DNA from: Thermoplasmatota archaeon
Lineage (GTDB): Archaea; Thermoplasmatota; E2; UBA202; JdFR-43
Direction: 5' to 3'
NCBI GenBank assembly: GCA_038818725.1
Contig: JAWAYL010000003.1
Coordinates: forward strand, 1,791 to 65,790
DNA length: 64,000 bases
In this document: piece after piece, positions 49,586-60,300 of the stretch
How positions within the stretch are numbered: the stretch's first letter is position 1
Layout of the letters: the number at the start of each line of letters is the position of its first letter
The notes under the pieces: model-generated
Seen by the model: only the letters and a program-made list of their open reading frames with translations
Databases searched by the model: none
Told to the model about the DNA's origin: nothing
Made by a program: the position numbers and the translations under genes

Positions 49586-51448
49586 TTAAGGATATCCTCC
49601 TATTTTTAAGCTTGGGTCGCCTAGCAATACCCATTCCTCAACTGTTTTACAATCAATCACATCTTTCATTGGGTCGCGAACCGCTATATAGTCAATTATT
49701 GCAGTTCCCCATGCTTCACCGAGCATATCTTTTCCTTTAGCTCCGTATGCACGGAAAAATCTCTCTTCTATGAATCCGCCAAAGTATTCAACTTCGTCCG
49801 GCACACCATTTTTGTTGTCATCATATCCACCTCCATGCCCATAGCCCAAGCCAGTGTTTCCAAAAGTGGCTATTGCTCCTTTATTTGCCATCTTCACTAA
49901 ATGCCAGCTAAAGCATTCATATGTTGGCTGATATGTCCATGGATTTTGCAGATCATCAAGCAAGCTTATATTAAATTCGCTGTTATGGCATCCTCCTATA
50001 ACTACAATTGGCTGCTTTTCTCCATTGCTAAGTAAATCCATATTGTAGGTCATCAATCCATTTACCCATGGTCCTTCTCCATTTTTGAAATGAGTTGCCC
50101 ATGCAGTTGGACTTCCATGTCCATCCATCGCAACAAAACCAAAGCCATTGCTCCAAGTTTTTATTACATTTATCCATGCAAATCTGCCAGCAAGAGGAGC
50201 AGGTTCAACATGTCCATATGTAAGGGTTCCATCAGATACATATAAACTTGTTTTAACAAACTTGCTCGCCATATAGTTATTATAGAACCAAGAAGTAGAA
50301 ACTTCTCCTTCAAAAACATCATTTCCTCCAAAAGTATCTCCTCCAATTAAAAGCATCTTTTTAAACCATTCTTTGCCATATGCATTGTTTTCATAATTAA
50401 CTATTTTATCAATCACATTCTGCAATTCCTTCAAGCTTTGACAAGCAAGTCTACCAACATATACATCTGGAGCTAAATCCAGCTTATCTTTTCCATATTT
50501 AAATGACCAAGCTCCAAAAACACCATCTCCATTTGTATCCCATGAAGAGAATGAGCCATCCGCATTATATATATCTGCAAAATATAAATCGCTTAAATAT
50601 CCAAATTCTTCCCGATCATCAAGAGCAGCATATCTTACAGGACAGTACCATAGAGCATCGTTGCTTGTTGTGGCTCCGTCCATCCCCCAGTTGCCGGTGA
50701 GATATGATCTTTTACCACCTACAAGCATAACATATTTTATTCCATATTTTTCGAGCACATCTTTTATGAAATACTTCACTTTTTCTGCACCATCCCTTCC
50801 TTCATAATTTGAATAAATGTTTTCAACCTTCTCAGAAATTACTCTTAAACCTTTTTCCTCTTTGTGTTGAATCAACCTTGCTATTTCATTTTCCCATTCT
50901 GAAGGATATATTATTAGCAAATCTTTTTCACTTTCACTCACCCCTTTATTTGGCAAATCGTGTGTAATTTTAATTTCAAAATCATTTGCTATTTCAACCA
51001 TATTCTCTTTTGCAATGTACCTCACTGGATATAAATGAATTGCAACAATCGTAGATAGCTTGCCTTCATAAAGCCCACCATATTCATTAATGGTATACCA
51101 TTCCTGTGGATATATTTCATATGCTTCACCATCCCCTTCATATTTTATATTTGTTCCATATGCGACCGCAGGCGGAGCGACAATTATGCTTGCTTTCTTC
51201 TTTTCTATTCCTTTTGGATTGCACTCTATGCTAACCTTTGTTCCAAGAGGAAACACATATGTTTTTACATAATAGGGCAACATTGGTTTTCCTGGAGATG
51301 AAGTATAGTAAGCATCGCTGTATTTTCCCCCATATATTTCCGCATATTCAATTTCTTCAAAATTTTTTGTGCTTTTTCTGTTATCCAAGCTTACAGCACT
51401 TAAAACAAGCATCATTAAAACTATTCCTGCTATACCTACTTTCCTCAT
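49586..51448 (-). CDS. Secreted peptidase C25 (gingipain-like) family protein
   Basis: Signal peptide. YVMLVGG, DVYVGRL, MDGHGSPTAW (His) and VVIGGCHNSEF (Cys), closely resembling the gingipain catalytic motifs. Confidence 0.8.
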   Translation of the reverse strand: MRKVGIAGIVLMMLVLSAVSLDNRKSTKNFEEIEYAEIYGGKYSDAYYTSSPGKPMLPYYVKTYVFPLGTKVSIECNPKGIEKKKASIIVAPPAVAYGTNIKYEGDGEAYEIYPQEWYTINEYGGLYEGKLSTIVAIHLYPVRYIAKENMVEIANDFEIKITHDLPNKGVSESEKDLLIIYPSEWENEIARLIQHKEEKGLRVISEKVENIYSNYEGRDGAEKVKYFIKDVLEKYGIKYVMLVGGKRSYLTGNWGMDGATTSNDALWYCPVRYAALDDREEFGYLSDLYFADIYNADGSFSSWDTNGDGVFGAWSFKYGKDKLDLAPDVYVGRLACQSLKELQNVIDKIVNYENNAYGKEWFKKMLLIGGDTFGGNDVFEGEVSTSWFYNNYMASKFVKTSLYVSDGTLTYGHVEPAPLAGRFAWINVIKTWSNGFGFVAMDGHGSPTAWATHFKNGEGPWVNGLMTYNMDLLSNGEKQPIVVIGGCHNSEFNISLLDDLQNPWTYQPTYECFSWHLVKMANKGAIATFGNTGLGYGHGGGYDDNKNGVPDEVEYFGGFIEERFFRAYGAKGKDMLGEAWGTAIIDYIAVRDPMKDVIDCKTVEEWVLLGDPSLKIGGYP

Positions 51449-51511
51449 TTTATCACCTTTTTTAAATACAATTTAGAATATAATTTTTGCGATGAACTGC
51501 TAACCACTATG

Positions 51512-51519
51512 TTTATATA
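51512..51519 (+). promoter_or_regulatory. Putative TATA box (TTTATATA) upstream of the L7Ae-S28e-L24e-ndk operon; GGAGG RBS at 51549-51553
   Basis: AT-rich box about 43 nt upstream of the L7Ae ATG. Confidence 0.3.
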
Positions 51520-51561
51520 TAACTAAAATATTTCTCATGCCTATGATAGGAGGCGATATAA

Positions 51562-51927
51562 ATGCCAATCTATGTAAAATTCGAAGTACCGGATGAGTTA
51601 GTCAAAAAATTGTATGAGCTGGTTGAAAAAGCAAGAAATAGTGGAAAAATAAAGAAGGGTGCAAATGAAGTAACAAAATCGGTTGAAAGAGGAGAGGCAA
51701 AGCTTGTTATAATGGCAAAAGATGTTTCTCCAGAAGAAATTCTTGCCCATATGCCATATCTATGTGATGAAAAAAACATTCTATACTCTTATGTTCCTTC
51801 AAAAGAAGAGTTGGGGCGCTCTGCGGGCTTGCAGGTTGCGACTTCTGTTGTTGCAATAGTAAATGAAGGAGATGCAAAAGAGATTTTTGAAGAAATTGTT
51901 AAAAAAGTAAAGGAGATAAAGGGATGA
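51562..51927 (+). CDS. rpl7ae: 50S ribosomal protein L7Ae (K-turn binding)
   Basis: [25 protein letters not shown]...VPSKEELG signature; 121 aa. Confidence 0.9.
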   Translation: MPIYVKFEVPDELVKKLYELVEKARNSGKIKKGANEVTKSVERGEAKLVIMAKDVSPEEILAHMPYLCDEKNILYSYVPSKEELGRSAGLQVATSVVAIVNEGDAKEIFEEIVKKVKEIKG

Positions 51928-51928
51928 A

Positions 51929-52138
51929 ATGCCTGAGGAAAGTATTCCAGCAGAGGTAGTGGAAATTATTGGCAGGACAGGAATGTGCGGGGAAGTATTG
52001 CAGGTGAGAGTAAAAATTCTTGAAGGGAGAGATAAAAATAGAGTTATAACAAGAAATGTGATGGGCCCTGTAAGGAAGGGGGATATATTAATGCTCAGGG
52101 AAGCAGAAAGGGAAGCAAGAAAGCTGAGTGTGAAATAA
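51929..52138 (+). CDS. rps28e: 30S ribosomal protein S28e
   Basis: [40 protein letters not shown]; 69 aa. Confidence 0.85.
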   Translation: MPEESIPAEVVEIIGRTGMCGEVLQVRVKILEGRDKNRVITRNVMGPVRKGDILMLREAEREARKLSVK

Positions 52139-52305
52139 TGGCAAAAAAATGCTCATTCTGTGGAAATGAAATCGAGCCAGGAACAGGAACAATGTATGTA
52201 AAGAAGGATGGCACCGCTTATTATTTTTGCTCTGGAAAATGCAAGAAAAATATGCTAAAATTAGGAAGAGATCCTAAAAAAGTTAGATGGATAACAAAAG
52301 CGTGA
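52138..52305 (+). CDS. rpl24e: 50S ribosomal protein L24e (not in the supplied ORF track; start overlaps the S28e stop as TAATG)
   Basis: [39 protein letters not shown]... zinc-ribbon L24e signature; 55 aa. Confidence 0.8.
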   Translation: MAKKCSFCGNEIEPGTGTMYVKKDGTAYYFCSGKCKKNMLKLGRDPKKVRWITKA

Positions 52306-52309
52306 TGCT

Positions 52310-52762
52310 ATGGAGAGAACTTTTTTAATGATAAAGCCAGATGGGGTGCAAAGAAGATTAGTAGGTAAAATTTTGCAGAGAATAGAAGAGTGTGGTTTCA
52401 AAATAGTTGCAATGAAATTATTGAAAATATCTCGGGAGATGGCTGAAAAGCATTATTCAATACATAAAGGAAAGGATTTCTTTGAAGGATTGATAAATTA
52501 TATAACCAGCGGACCAGTTGTTGCAATGGTTGTTGAGGGAAAAGATGCGATAGAAAGATTAAGAAAAATTGTTGGTTCAACAAATCCAAAAGATGCGATG
52601 CCTGGAACAATAAGAGGAGATTTTGCCCAAGATATAGGAAGAAATATAATACATGCAAGTGATAGCAAAGAAACAGCGGATAAGGAAATAAAACTTTGGT
52701 TCAGCAAAGATGAAATAGTTGATTATATAATGGATGATGAAAAATGGCTTTTTGAGGATTAA
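52310..52762 (+). CDS. ndk: Nucleoside diphosphate kinase
   Basis: ERTFLMIKPDGVQRRLVGKI..., active-site NIIHASD; 150 aa. Confidence 0.9.
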   Translation: MERTFLMIKPDGVQRRLVGKILQRIEECGFKIVAMKLLKISREMAEKHYSIHKGKDFFEGLINYITSGPVVAMVVEGKDAIERLRKIVGSTNPKDAMPGTIRGDFAQDIGRNIIHASDSKETADKEIKLWFSKDEIVDYIMDDEKWLFED

Positions 52763-52848
52763 ATTTATATATTTTGCTAATAATATATTTTAGCTCCATC
52801 TCGAAGGCCTCTATGATAAATGAATAGAGGAGCAAACGTGGAGCAACA

Positions 52849-52906
52849 GCGGCATCACGGGCCCCTGCGCGATTAGTGAGCGTAAGGTCAACCCAGGTGC
52901 CGCACA
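52849..52906 (+). ncRNA. Candidate single-hairpin H/ACA-like guide sRNA (speculative)
   Basis: 69% GC island in a ~33% GC genome. Closing stem GCGGCA...UGCCGC is followed immediately by ACA. Internal GCGC-GA-UUAGU-GA-GCG resembles a K-turn/K-loop cap. Overlaps the last codons of panE. Confidence 0.3.
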
Positions 52907-53787
52907 CTCTCATTTGCTTTTATTAAGGCATATATAGTTTCATTTATACACGCATTTATTCCATGTTTTTTTGCTCTCCTTATTATTTCTCCAATTATCT
53001 CATCTACTTCTGTTTTCTTTCCAGAAATTATATCTTGGAGCATTGAAGAAATGTTTTCTGATGTATTTATTGCAACTTCCTGCGCTTTTTTTATTATTTC
53101 CTCGTCTATTTCAATTCCCTCTGCTTTTGCAACTTCAATTCCTTCCATGCAAATTTTTTCCATTAAATATTTTGTATATTCATTTCTAACCAATTCCCCA
53201 TTTTTACATCTTAAAATAGATGTTAAGCCATTAATTGCTGAATTTACTATTGCCTTCTTCCATTTTTCTTTTTTAATTTGGTTGCTTATTTTTGTTTCAA
53301 TTCCACATTCATTAAATGCTTCGCAAATCTTTTTTATCCTTTCACTAATTTCTCCGTTCATCTCTCCTATTATCGTTTCTCCCCTGCCGGCATGATATAT
53401 TTTTCCATTTTCGAGAAATATTACTCCATGAGTAGTTGTTGCTCCAATAACATTTTCAACGCCAATTTTTTCCGCTATAATTTCCTCATTTCTTAATCCA
53501 TTCTGAATTGAAATAACAGGAATTTTTCCAAATTTTCCTAAAATTTCATCTATTGCAAGCTTTGTATCATATGCTTTTGTTGCAAGAATAACAAAATCAT
53601 ATTTGCTTCCATCCCATCTTGTTTTAGGATAAAAAATCCCTTCAGTAACCCCTTCTATTTTCAATCCCTTTTTTTCTATTTCCTCGATATGCTTTTTTCT
53701 CCCAACAAGCAAAACATCATTCTTTCTTGAAAGAAGCCCGCCAAACAATGAGCCGATTGCTCCCGCTCCAAATATTATGAATTTCAT
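52888..53787 (-). CDS. panE: 2-dehydropantoate 2-reductase (ketopantoate reductase, PanE/ApbA)
   Basis: MKFIIFGAGAIGSLFGGLL Rossmann N-terminus, KPR-like length and C-terminal helical domain. Confidence 0.75.
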   Translation of the reverse strand: MKFIIFGAGAIGSLFGGLLSRKNDVLLVGRKKHIEEIEKKGLKIEGVTEGIFYPKTRWDGSKYDFVILATKAYDTKLAIDEILGKFGKIPVISIQNGLRNEEIIAEKIGVENVIGATTTHGVIFLENGKIYHAGRGETIIGEMNGEISERIKKICEAFNECGIETKISNQIKKEKWKKAIVNSAINGLTSILRCKNGELVRNEYTKYLMEKICMEGIEVAKAEGIEIDEEIIKKAQEVAINTSENISSMLQDIISGKKTEVDEIIGEIIRRAKKHGINACINETIYALIKANESVRHLG

Positions 53788-53891
53788 TGAATAAAATTAT
53801 TCAGCAAAATAAATTTTTTATTCTCAAAAGAGCTTCTCTAACTAATTTCAAAATATAAAATGTTATATATCAAATCAATAATTTACTTTTA

Positions 53892-54008
53892 AGCGGGCGT
53901 AGTGTAGTCTGGTATCACATAGCCCTGCCACGGCTATAACCCGGGTTCGAACTGCAACTTGTGCAAGTTGCGCATTAAAGCAAGTTGCTTGAAAATCCCG
54001 GCGCCCGC
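53892..54008 (+). tRNA. tRNA-Gly (anticodon GCC) with a 44-nt T-loop intron (53951-53994) identical to the tRNA-His intron
   Basis: Acceptor GCGGGCG/CGCCCGC plus A73. Anticodon arm TAGCC-CTGCCAC-GGCTA. T-stem CCGGG-TTCGAA-[intron]-T-CCCGG. Confidence 0.75.
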
Positions 54009-54011
54009 ATC

Positions 54012-54878
54012 CTATTTTTCTTTTTTTGATAAAAAATATATTCCAGCTAAAAGAAGAAAAATTCCGCAAGTTTGAAGAGTTGTTATGTTTTCTCCTAAAA
54101 TAAAAAAGCTCAAAATGGAAGCAAAAAATGGGGTTGATAATTCTATTGCTGAAACTTGAGCTGCTTTTATTCTTTTTAATCCTTCATAATATAGAATTGT
54201 TCCTGTTCCTCCTATAAATCCAAGAAATATCTGGTAAATGTTTGCTATATATAATTTTGAATTTATTGCAAGATAAATAAGTAGAGGAAATGAAGCTATT
54301 AAAAATCTGTAAAGAGTAAGCAAGCCAGCGTTTATTTTAGTAAGATATTTTCTCCCAACAATTGCTGTTGTTGCCCATGCAAATGTTGCAAGCAGGACAA
54401 AAAGGTCGCCAGTTGTGCCAAATTTAAGTGATAAAAAATTTTGAAATGTTCTTGTTGTTACTAAAAATGCAGAAATAATCATAAGAAAAATGCCAGTAAA
54501 ATCATATTTATTTAATTTATCTCCTCTCAGTAAAAAGAAACCAAGAATTATTATGAAAACAGGTTGAATATGCCCTATTAAAACAGCATTTATTACAGGA
54601 ATTTTTGTCAATGAAAGGAAATATAAAAAATCTCCAACAAGAGTTCCAACAATTCCAATATAAAGAATTTTTATCATATGTTCTTTTTTTATTTTTAACT
54701 CAGATTTATTTATTGCTGTTATGTAAAAAATTGCTATAATGCATGAGAAAAATGCTCTTATTGCGGATGTTTGAAGAAAATCAGAATTTTTGTAAGCAAG
54801 TTTTGCAAAGATTGGCTCAATAGCCCAAAAAAAGCTCGCGGTTAAAACTGATATTATTCCTTTTGTTTTATTTTCCAT
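54012..54878 (-). CDS. EamA/DMT-family transporter
   Basis: Ten predicted TM segments with duplicated EamA halves; 288 aa. Confidence 0.7.
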   Translation of the reverse strand: MENKTKGIISVLTASFFWAIEPIFAKLAYKNSDFLQTSAIRAFFSCIIAIFYITAINKSELKIKKEHMIKILYIGIVGTLVGDFLYFLSLTKIPVINAVLIGHIQPVFIIILGFFLLRGDKLNKYDFTGIFLMIISAFLVTTRTFQNFLSLKFGTTGDLFVLLATFAWATTAIVGRKYLTKINAGLLTLYRFLIASFPLLIYLAINSKLYIANIYQIFLGFIGGTGTILYYEGLKRIKAAQVSAIELSTPFFASILSFFILGENITTLQTCGIFLLLAGIYFLSKKEK

Positions 54879-54969
54879 TTATTTTGATATTATTTTTCAA
54901 ATTTAAACTTATAATTTGTTTTTGAGGGCAAAAATATTAAAATACCTTTTTATTTGCTGGATGATTGCC

Positions 54970-55365
54970 ATGGTTGAATTTAAGGTTGTAATAAGTGATG
55001 GAGCAAAAAGCTGGCAGATAAGCGTGGACGGCCATCATGCAAACTCACTGGTGGGCAAGAAAATTGGCGATGAAGTAGATGGAATATTTGTTTCCTTGCC
55101 AGGCTATAAATTGCAAATTACAGGAGGCTCAGATAAAGATGGATTTCCAATGAGGAGTGATTTACCAGGTATGCAGAGAAGGAAAATATTAACAGCAAAA
55201 GGCAAGGGATTTAAAAAGTGTGATAAAGGAGTTAGGAAAAGATTAACTGTTTGCGGAAATACAATAAGCTTAAATACCTCTCAAATAAATATGAAAATAA
55301 CAAAAAAAGGAGCTAAGCCAATTGAAGAATTGCTTAAATCTGCTGGAAAGCTTAAGGAAAAATGA
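54970..55365 (+). CDS. rps6e: 30S ribosomal protein S6e
   Basis: [11 protein letters not shown]...[11 protein letters not shown]...[13 protein letters not shown]6e signature. Internal ATG chosen; the track ORF begins at a TTG. Confidence 0.85.
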   Translation: MVEFKVVISDGAKSWQISVDGHHANSLVGKKIGDEVDGIFVSLPGYKLQITGGSDKDGFPMRSDLPGMQRRKILTAKGKGFKKCDKGVRKRLTVCGNTISLNTSQINMKITKKGAKPIEELLKSAGKLKEK

Positions 55366-56567
55366 GCCAGCCAGAAGTAAATATAGGAATGGTAGGGCAT
55401 GTTGACCATGGAAAAACTACTTTAACTCAGGCATTGACTGGCAAATGGACAGATGAGCACTCAGAAGAAATAAAGAGAGGAATTTCAATAAAACTCGGCT
55501 ACGCTGACACATCCTTTTATAAATGTCCAAATTGTGATGAACCGGAATGCTATTCAACAAAACCAGTTTGCAAGCATTGTGGAAGCGAAACTGAATTTTT
55601 AAGAAAAGTTTCATTTGTTGATGCTCCAGGGCATGAGACGCTTATGGCAGTTGTTATATCTGGCGCCGCCATAATGGACGGCGCATTGCTCCTTATTGCT
55701 GCAAATGAAAAGTGTCCTCAGCCCCAAACTGAAGAGCATCTGATGGCACTTGATATTGTTGGGGCGAAAAATGTTATAATTGTTCAGAATAAGATTGATC
55801 TTGTTGGAAAAGAAGGAGCGATGAAAAATTATGGTGAGATAGTTGATTTTTTGAAAGATACAATAGCAAGCAATTCACCAATAATTCCAGTATCTGCACA
55901 TCATGAAATAAATCTAGATGTCCTTATCATGGCAATACAAGAATTTATCCCTACTCCAGCTAGAGATAAAAATAAGCCACCATTGATGTACTCTGCAAGA
56001 AGTTTTGATGTAAATAAGCCTGGAACAAAACCATCTGATTTAAAAGGTGGGGTAATAGGCGGCTCATTAAAGCAAGGCGTGCTAAGGGTAGGGGATGAAA
56101 TAGAAATAAGGCCCGGAGTAAAAGTGCAGGCTCATGGAAAAACAACATATGAGCCAATTTTTACAGAAATTGCATCCATAATGACAGGTGGGGAATTTGT
56201 CGAGGAAGCTTACCCTGGTGGATTGCTTGCAATAGGAACATATCTCGACCCCTCTTTTACTAAAGCTGATGGGCTTGCAGGGAAAGTTGTTGGAAAAAAT
56301 CTTCCGCCTGTTTTTTATGATTTGTGCATGGATTTGCATGTTATTGAAAGAGTGGAAGGAAAAGATTTAGGAAAAATAAGGAGCAACGAATCGCTTATGC
56401 TTACTGTAGGAACCGCAACAACTGTTGGTGTGCCAAAAAATATAAAAAAGGATTATATTGAAGTAGATTTAAAAATCCCAGTTTGCGCAGAAAGCGGGCA
56501 GAGAGTTGCTATTTCTCGTAGCATAGGTGGGAGGTGGCATTTATATGGATATGGTGAGATAAAATGA
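55362..56567 (+). CDS. eif2g: Translation initiation factor 2 gamma subunit (aIF2-gamma)
   Basis: G1 GHVDHGKTT, zinc ribbon CPNCDEPEC...CKHCG, G3 DAPGHE, G4 NKID; 401 aa. Confidence 0.9.
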   Translation: MSQPEVNIGMVGHVDHGKTTLTQALTGKWTDEHSEEIKRGISIKLGYADTSFYKCPNCDEPECYSTKPVCKHCGSETEFLRKVSFVDAPGHETLMAVVISGAAIMDGALLLIAANEKCPQPQTEEHLMALDIVGAKNVIIVQNKIDLVGKEGAMKNYGEIVDFLKDTIASNSPIIPVSAHHEINLDVLIMAIQEFIPTPARDKNKPPLMYSARSFDVNKPGTKPSDLKGGVIGGSLKQGVLRVGDEIEIRPGVKVQAHGKTTYEPIFTEIASIMTGGEFVEEAYPGGLLAIGTYLDPSFTKADGLAGKVVGKNLPPVFYDLCMDLHVIERVEGKDLGKIRSNESLMLTVGTATTVGVPKNIKKDYIEVDLKIPVCAESGQRVAISRSIGGRWHLYGYGEIK

Positions 56568-56947
56568 GAGCTGTAGTGTTAGATACAAATGCCCTTATGA
56601 TGCCATATCAATTTGATATAAATATTGAAAAAGAATTAACTCGCTTATTAGGAGTTTGCAGAATAATTGTTCCAAGAAGTGTTGTTGAAGAAATTGAAAA
56701 AATTGCTGAGAAAGGTGGAGAAACAGGAAGGGCGGCGCAGCTTGCTTTAAGTATAATAAAGAAAAGATGCTTTAGGGTTGTTGAAACCGAAAGAAAAGGA
56801 GATGATGGAGTTATTGAAACAGCAATTAAGACAGAGGCAGCGATTTTAACAAATGATAAGGAATTAAAGAAAAAAGCAAAAGAACTTAAACTTACAGTAA
56901 TATATTTAAGAGAAGGAAAAAAGCTTGAAATGGAGGAAATACCATAA
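56564..56947 (+). CDS. PIN-domain ribonuclease (conserved archaeal gene downstream of aIF2-gamma)
   Basis: VVLDTNALM..., ILTNDKEL acidic PIN residues; 127 aa. Confidence 0.7.
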   Translation: MRAVVLDTNALMMPYQFDINIEKELTRLLGVCRIIVPRSVVEEIEKIAEKGGETGRAAQLALSIIKKRCFRVVETERKGDDGVIETAIKTEAAILTNDKELKKKAKELKLTVIYLREGKKLEMEEIP

Positions 56948-57315
56948 TGAAATATGGAGAAAGAGAAATAAAGAAAGCAAAAATTGAATTATGGGAAAAT
57001 CCTTTTCCTGATAAAAATTATTTTATTGAAATAACTTTTTCAGAATTCACTTCTCTCTGCCCTCGCTCTGGCTATCCTGATTTTGCAACAATAAAGATAA
57101 GATATATACCTGATAAATATATAGTTGAACTTAAATCTCTTAAACTTTATCTTAACTCATATCGCTACAAATATGTAACTCATGAAGAAGCAACAAACAA
57201 AATTTATAAAGATTTAAGCGAGGCATTAAAGCCAAGATTTATTGAAGTTATTGGCGATTTTAATTTAAGAGGAGGAATAAAGACAGTTGTAAGAGTAGCA
57301 TCTGATACATGCTAA
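56947..57315 (+). CDS. queF: QueF-family protein (preQ0 reductase / archaeal QueF-like)
   Basis: [23 protein letters not shown] nearly matches the B. subtilis QueF catalytic Cys motif. QueF motif ELKSLKLYL. Confidence 0.7.
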   Translation: MKYGEREIKKAKIELWENPFPDKNYFIEITFSEFTSLCPRSGYPDFATIKIRYIPDKYIVELKSLKLYLNSYRYKYVTHEEATNKIYKDLSEALKPRFIEVIGDFNLRGGIKTVVRVASDTC

Positions 57316-57357
57316 CATTTTTCAATAAAATTTATATTTAGGTAAGGTATTAAACAC

Positions 57358-60300
57358 GTGATTGAAATGGCAGCATATAAAAAAATGGGTATAATTTTTT
57401 TAAGTATATTGATGCTAACATCGACTTTTCCAGTTTATAGCGGCTCTAGCCGAGGTGAAAACCTGGAAAATAGTGAAACACTTCTGTATAAAATAAATTT
57501 TCCAGAGCCATCCCTTAAAGAAATTGAGGTGAATGGAAAAGAGTTTACTATAGTAGAGATACCTGATTGTATTAATACCGGCAAAAGTGGAGCCCCCTCC
57601 TTGCCTGTGTATGGTGTGCAGATTCTTCTTCCTTATGGAAGTGAATTAGAAGAAGTAAAAGTAAAAGGTGAAAAAACCGCGATATCAACAAATCTTAGGG
57701 GGAAACCAGTATTTCCATACCAAGAGCCTGTGCCCATTGGATATAAGGGAAAGGAATTTTTCATTGATGAAAATGCTTATAAAATTGAAAAATATCCTGA
57801 AAAAATTTACGATGTTATAGGAGTTGGATATTGTAGAGGATATGCAATACTTGCAATGAATTTATTCCCTGTAGAGTATTATCCCGTAGAAGGGGAGTTA
57901 TTTTACTATCCATTAATTGAAATAGAATTAAAATTAAATAAGAACGGTTATGTAAATGAGTTTTACAGAAATAATCCGAATGATAGAAGTTATGTTGCTT
58001 CTCTTGTAATTAACCCAGAGATATTAGATTCTTATAAAGTAAAAAGCGTATTTGAATATCCTGGAGGAATTTGCGATCCTTCACAAAATTATGACTATGT
58101 AATAATCACCAGACAGGCACTTGCAAACTTCTCCGGAAATTATACCTGGGCACATTTCATCGCAAGGAAGCAGGCGGAAGGAATTCAGGCAATAGTAGTT
58201 ACAGTAGAAGATATTGTAGCATGCCAAGCTTATTGGAACACAACTCCTATTTTTAATGATACCCCAGCAAAAATAAGGGAATTTTTGAGAGATGCTTATA
58301 TTGACTGGGGGATTGAATATGTTCTTATTGCTGGAGATAATGATGGAAGTGCTATGGTTCAAAGAAGATTGCTTCACTATGGAACAGGAGCATATGCAGA
58401 AAATGTTGACTCAGATTTATATTGGAGCAACCTTGATAATACATTCAATAGTGATATGGATAGTCAGTGGGGAGAATCAGATGATTCAGGATTCGATTTG
58501 TATTCAGAACTATTTATAGGAAGTATACCATGCGATACTGGAACAGATATTTCAAACTGGCTCACAAAAAGCTTTTATTATGCAGACTCAATGGAAAAGG
58601 ATTATCTTGAAAATGTTGGATTTTATGGAGGAGATACAGGATGGGCATGCCAAGGAGATGACTTTATGGATTTCACGTTGTATGGCACAAATAATTGGCT
58701 GGGTCCGGATCCAAATTATGATGGTCCGTGGCCAAGCTGGCTTGGCTTCCTCTATGGTTTCGACACATGGAATTTATCAAATCCAGGAATGGAATTCAAT
58801 ACAAGCGTTAGATGGACTGCTGAGCCGCCGAATCAAGGATGGCAAGGTGGCTCTGAATCTGCTGCAATTGCTGGTTTGAGAAATGCAATAAATAATAATC
58901 TCTGTGCAATTATAAATGGTATAGCCCATGCTAACGAGCATATGTCTCTGGATGTATATGATACAGAATGGGAGTCACAATATTTCAATACAAAACCATT
59001 TTTCATACATGATTACGGATGTCATTGTGGAGATATGGATGCAACAGATGATGGTGTGCTTCATTCAATGCTTTTCCATTCAAATATAGAGCTTGCTTTT
59101 GCATGCGTTTATAATACAGGATATGGATGGGGAAATTATTATTCAACAAATTCAAGTAGTGCATTGCAACAAAAATTATTCTGGGATTACATGCTCAATA
59201 CAAGCAAGTGTGGCGGAGTAATAAACTGGCGCCTTGGAAAAGCGCAAGCCTATTCAAAAGATGCAATGGCTCCTACTATAAATTGGGATCCTGGATATGA
59301 GACCTGGCGAGGAATTATCGAAAGCTGTCTGCTGTTTGGTGATCCTCATCAATTAATCAAGCCGCCAGAACTTCCAGAGCATAATGTAGGGGTTGTCTCC
59401 CTTAAAGTAGATGACCATGTTTTACCTGGTGAGCAGGTTTATATAAATGCAACTATAATAAATAGTGGCTTGAACAATGAAACAAATGTTATTGTAAGAT
59501 GTCGTATAAATGAAACAGAGATAGGAAATATAACAATTCCATTTTTCCAAAGCCAAACAATGCAAGAAGTAAGCTTTTTATGGATTCCAGCAATGGGATG
59601 GTATAATGTTGTTATAAACGTAACTATTCCAGGGGTAGAAGAAAATATCACTGTAGATAATGAAAAGAGCAAAGTTGTTGTTGCTGGGCCTGATGTCGCA
59701 GTTTCTTCAATAGATACACCTGTTTTTGCATCGGTTGGTACTATTACTGAAATAAAAGCTACTTTAAGCAATTTGGGAAAAGAGGATGAAATAGTCACCG
59801 TAAAAATAGTTGTAAACAATGTAACAGTAGATAATATTTCATTGATTTTGCAAGGGAGAAGGACAGAGAATATTTCATTGTTATGGAATCCTACCTATGA
59901 AGGATTTTATCCTGTAAAAATAGAAGTATTATGCGCAAATGATGTATATCCTGAAAATAACTTCAGAAGCAATAATGTAAATGTTGTAACTGCTTTAGGA
60001 TATGTTCTTCTTGTGGATGATGATAAAGGAGACAATTATGAAATTTATTACGAAAATGCATTGATGGCAGCTGGTTATGTTTATACTCTATGGAATAGGG
60101 ATGCGCAAGGAGTACCATCTCCTTCTTATATGGCAACATTTACAGCGGTTGTATGGTTTACTGGAGACGATTATACAACAACATTAACAGCCGAAGATAT
60201 AAATGCCCTTACAACTTATCTAAACAATGGAGGTAAATTGTTTATAACAGGCCAAGATATAGGTTTTGATATAAATACGGATCCTTTCTATAGCAATTAT

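Noticed and set aside
52809-52831. Perfect 7-bp inverted repeat CCTCTAT-GATAAATGA-ATAGAGG after ndk, considered as a C/D-box sRNA or terminator
   Set aside because: There is no CUGA D box and no adjacent U-tract, and a box C match needs a mismatch. Kept only as a possible structural element.
53875-54069. 64-aa minus-strand ORF
   Set aside because: It lies antisense across the tRNA-Gly(GCC) gene and is an artefact of the GC-rich tRNA sequence.
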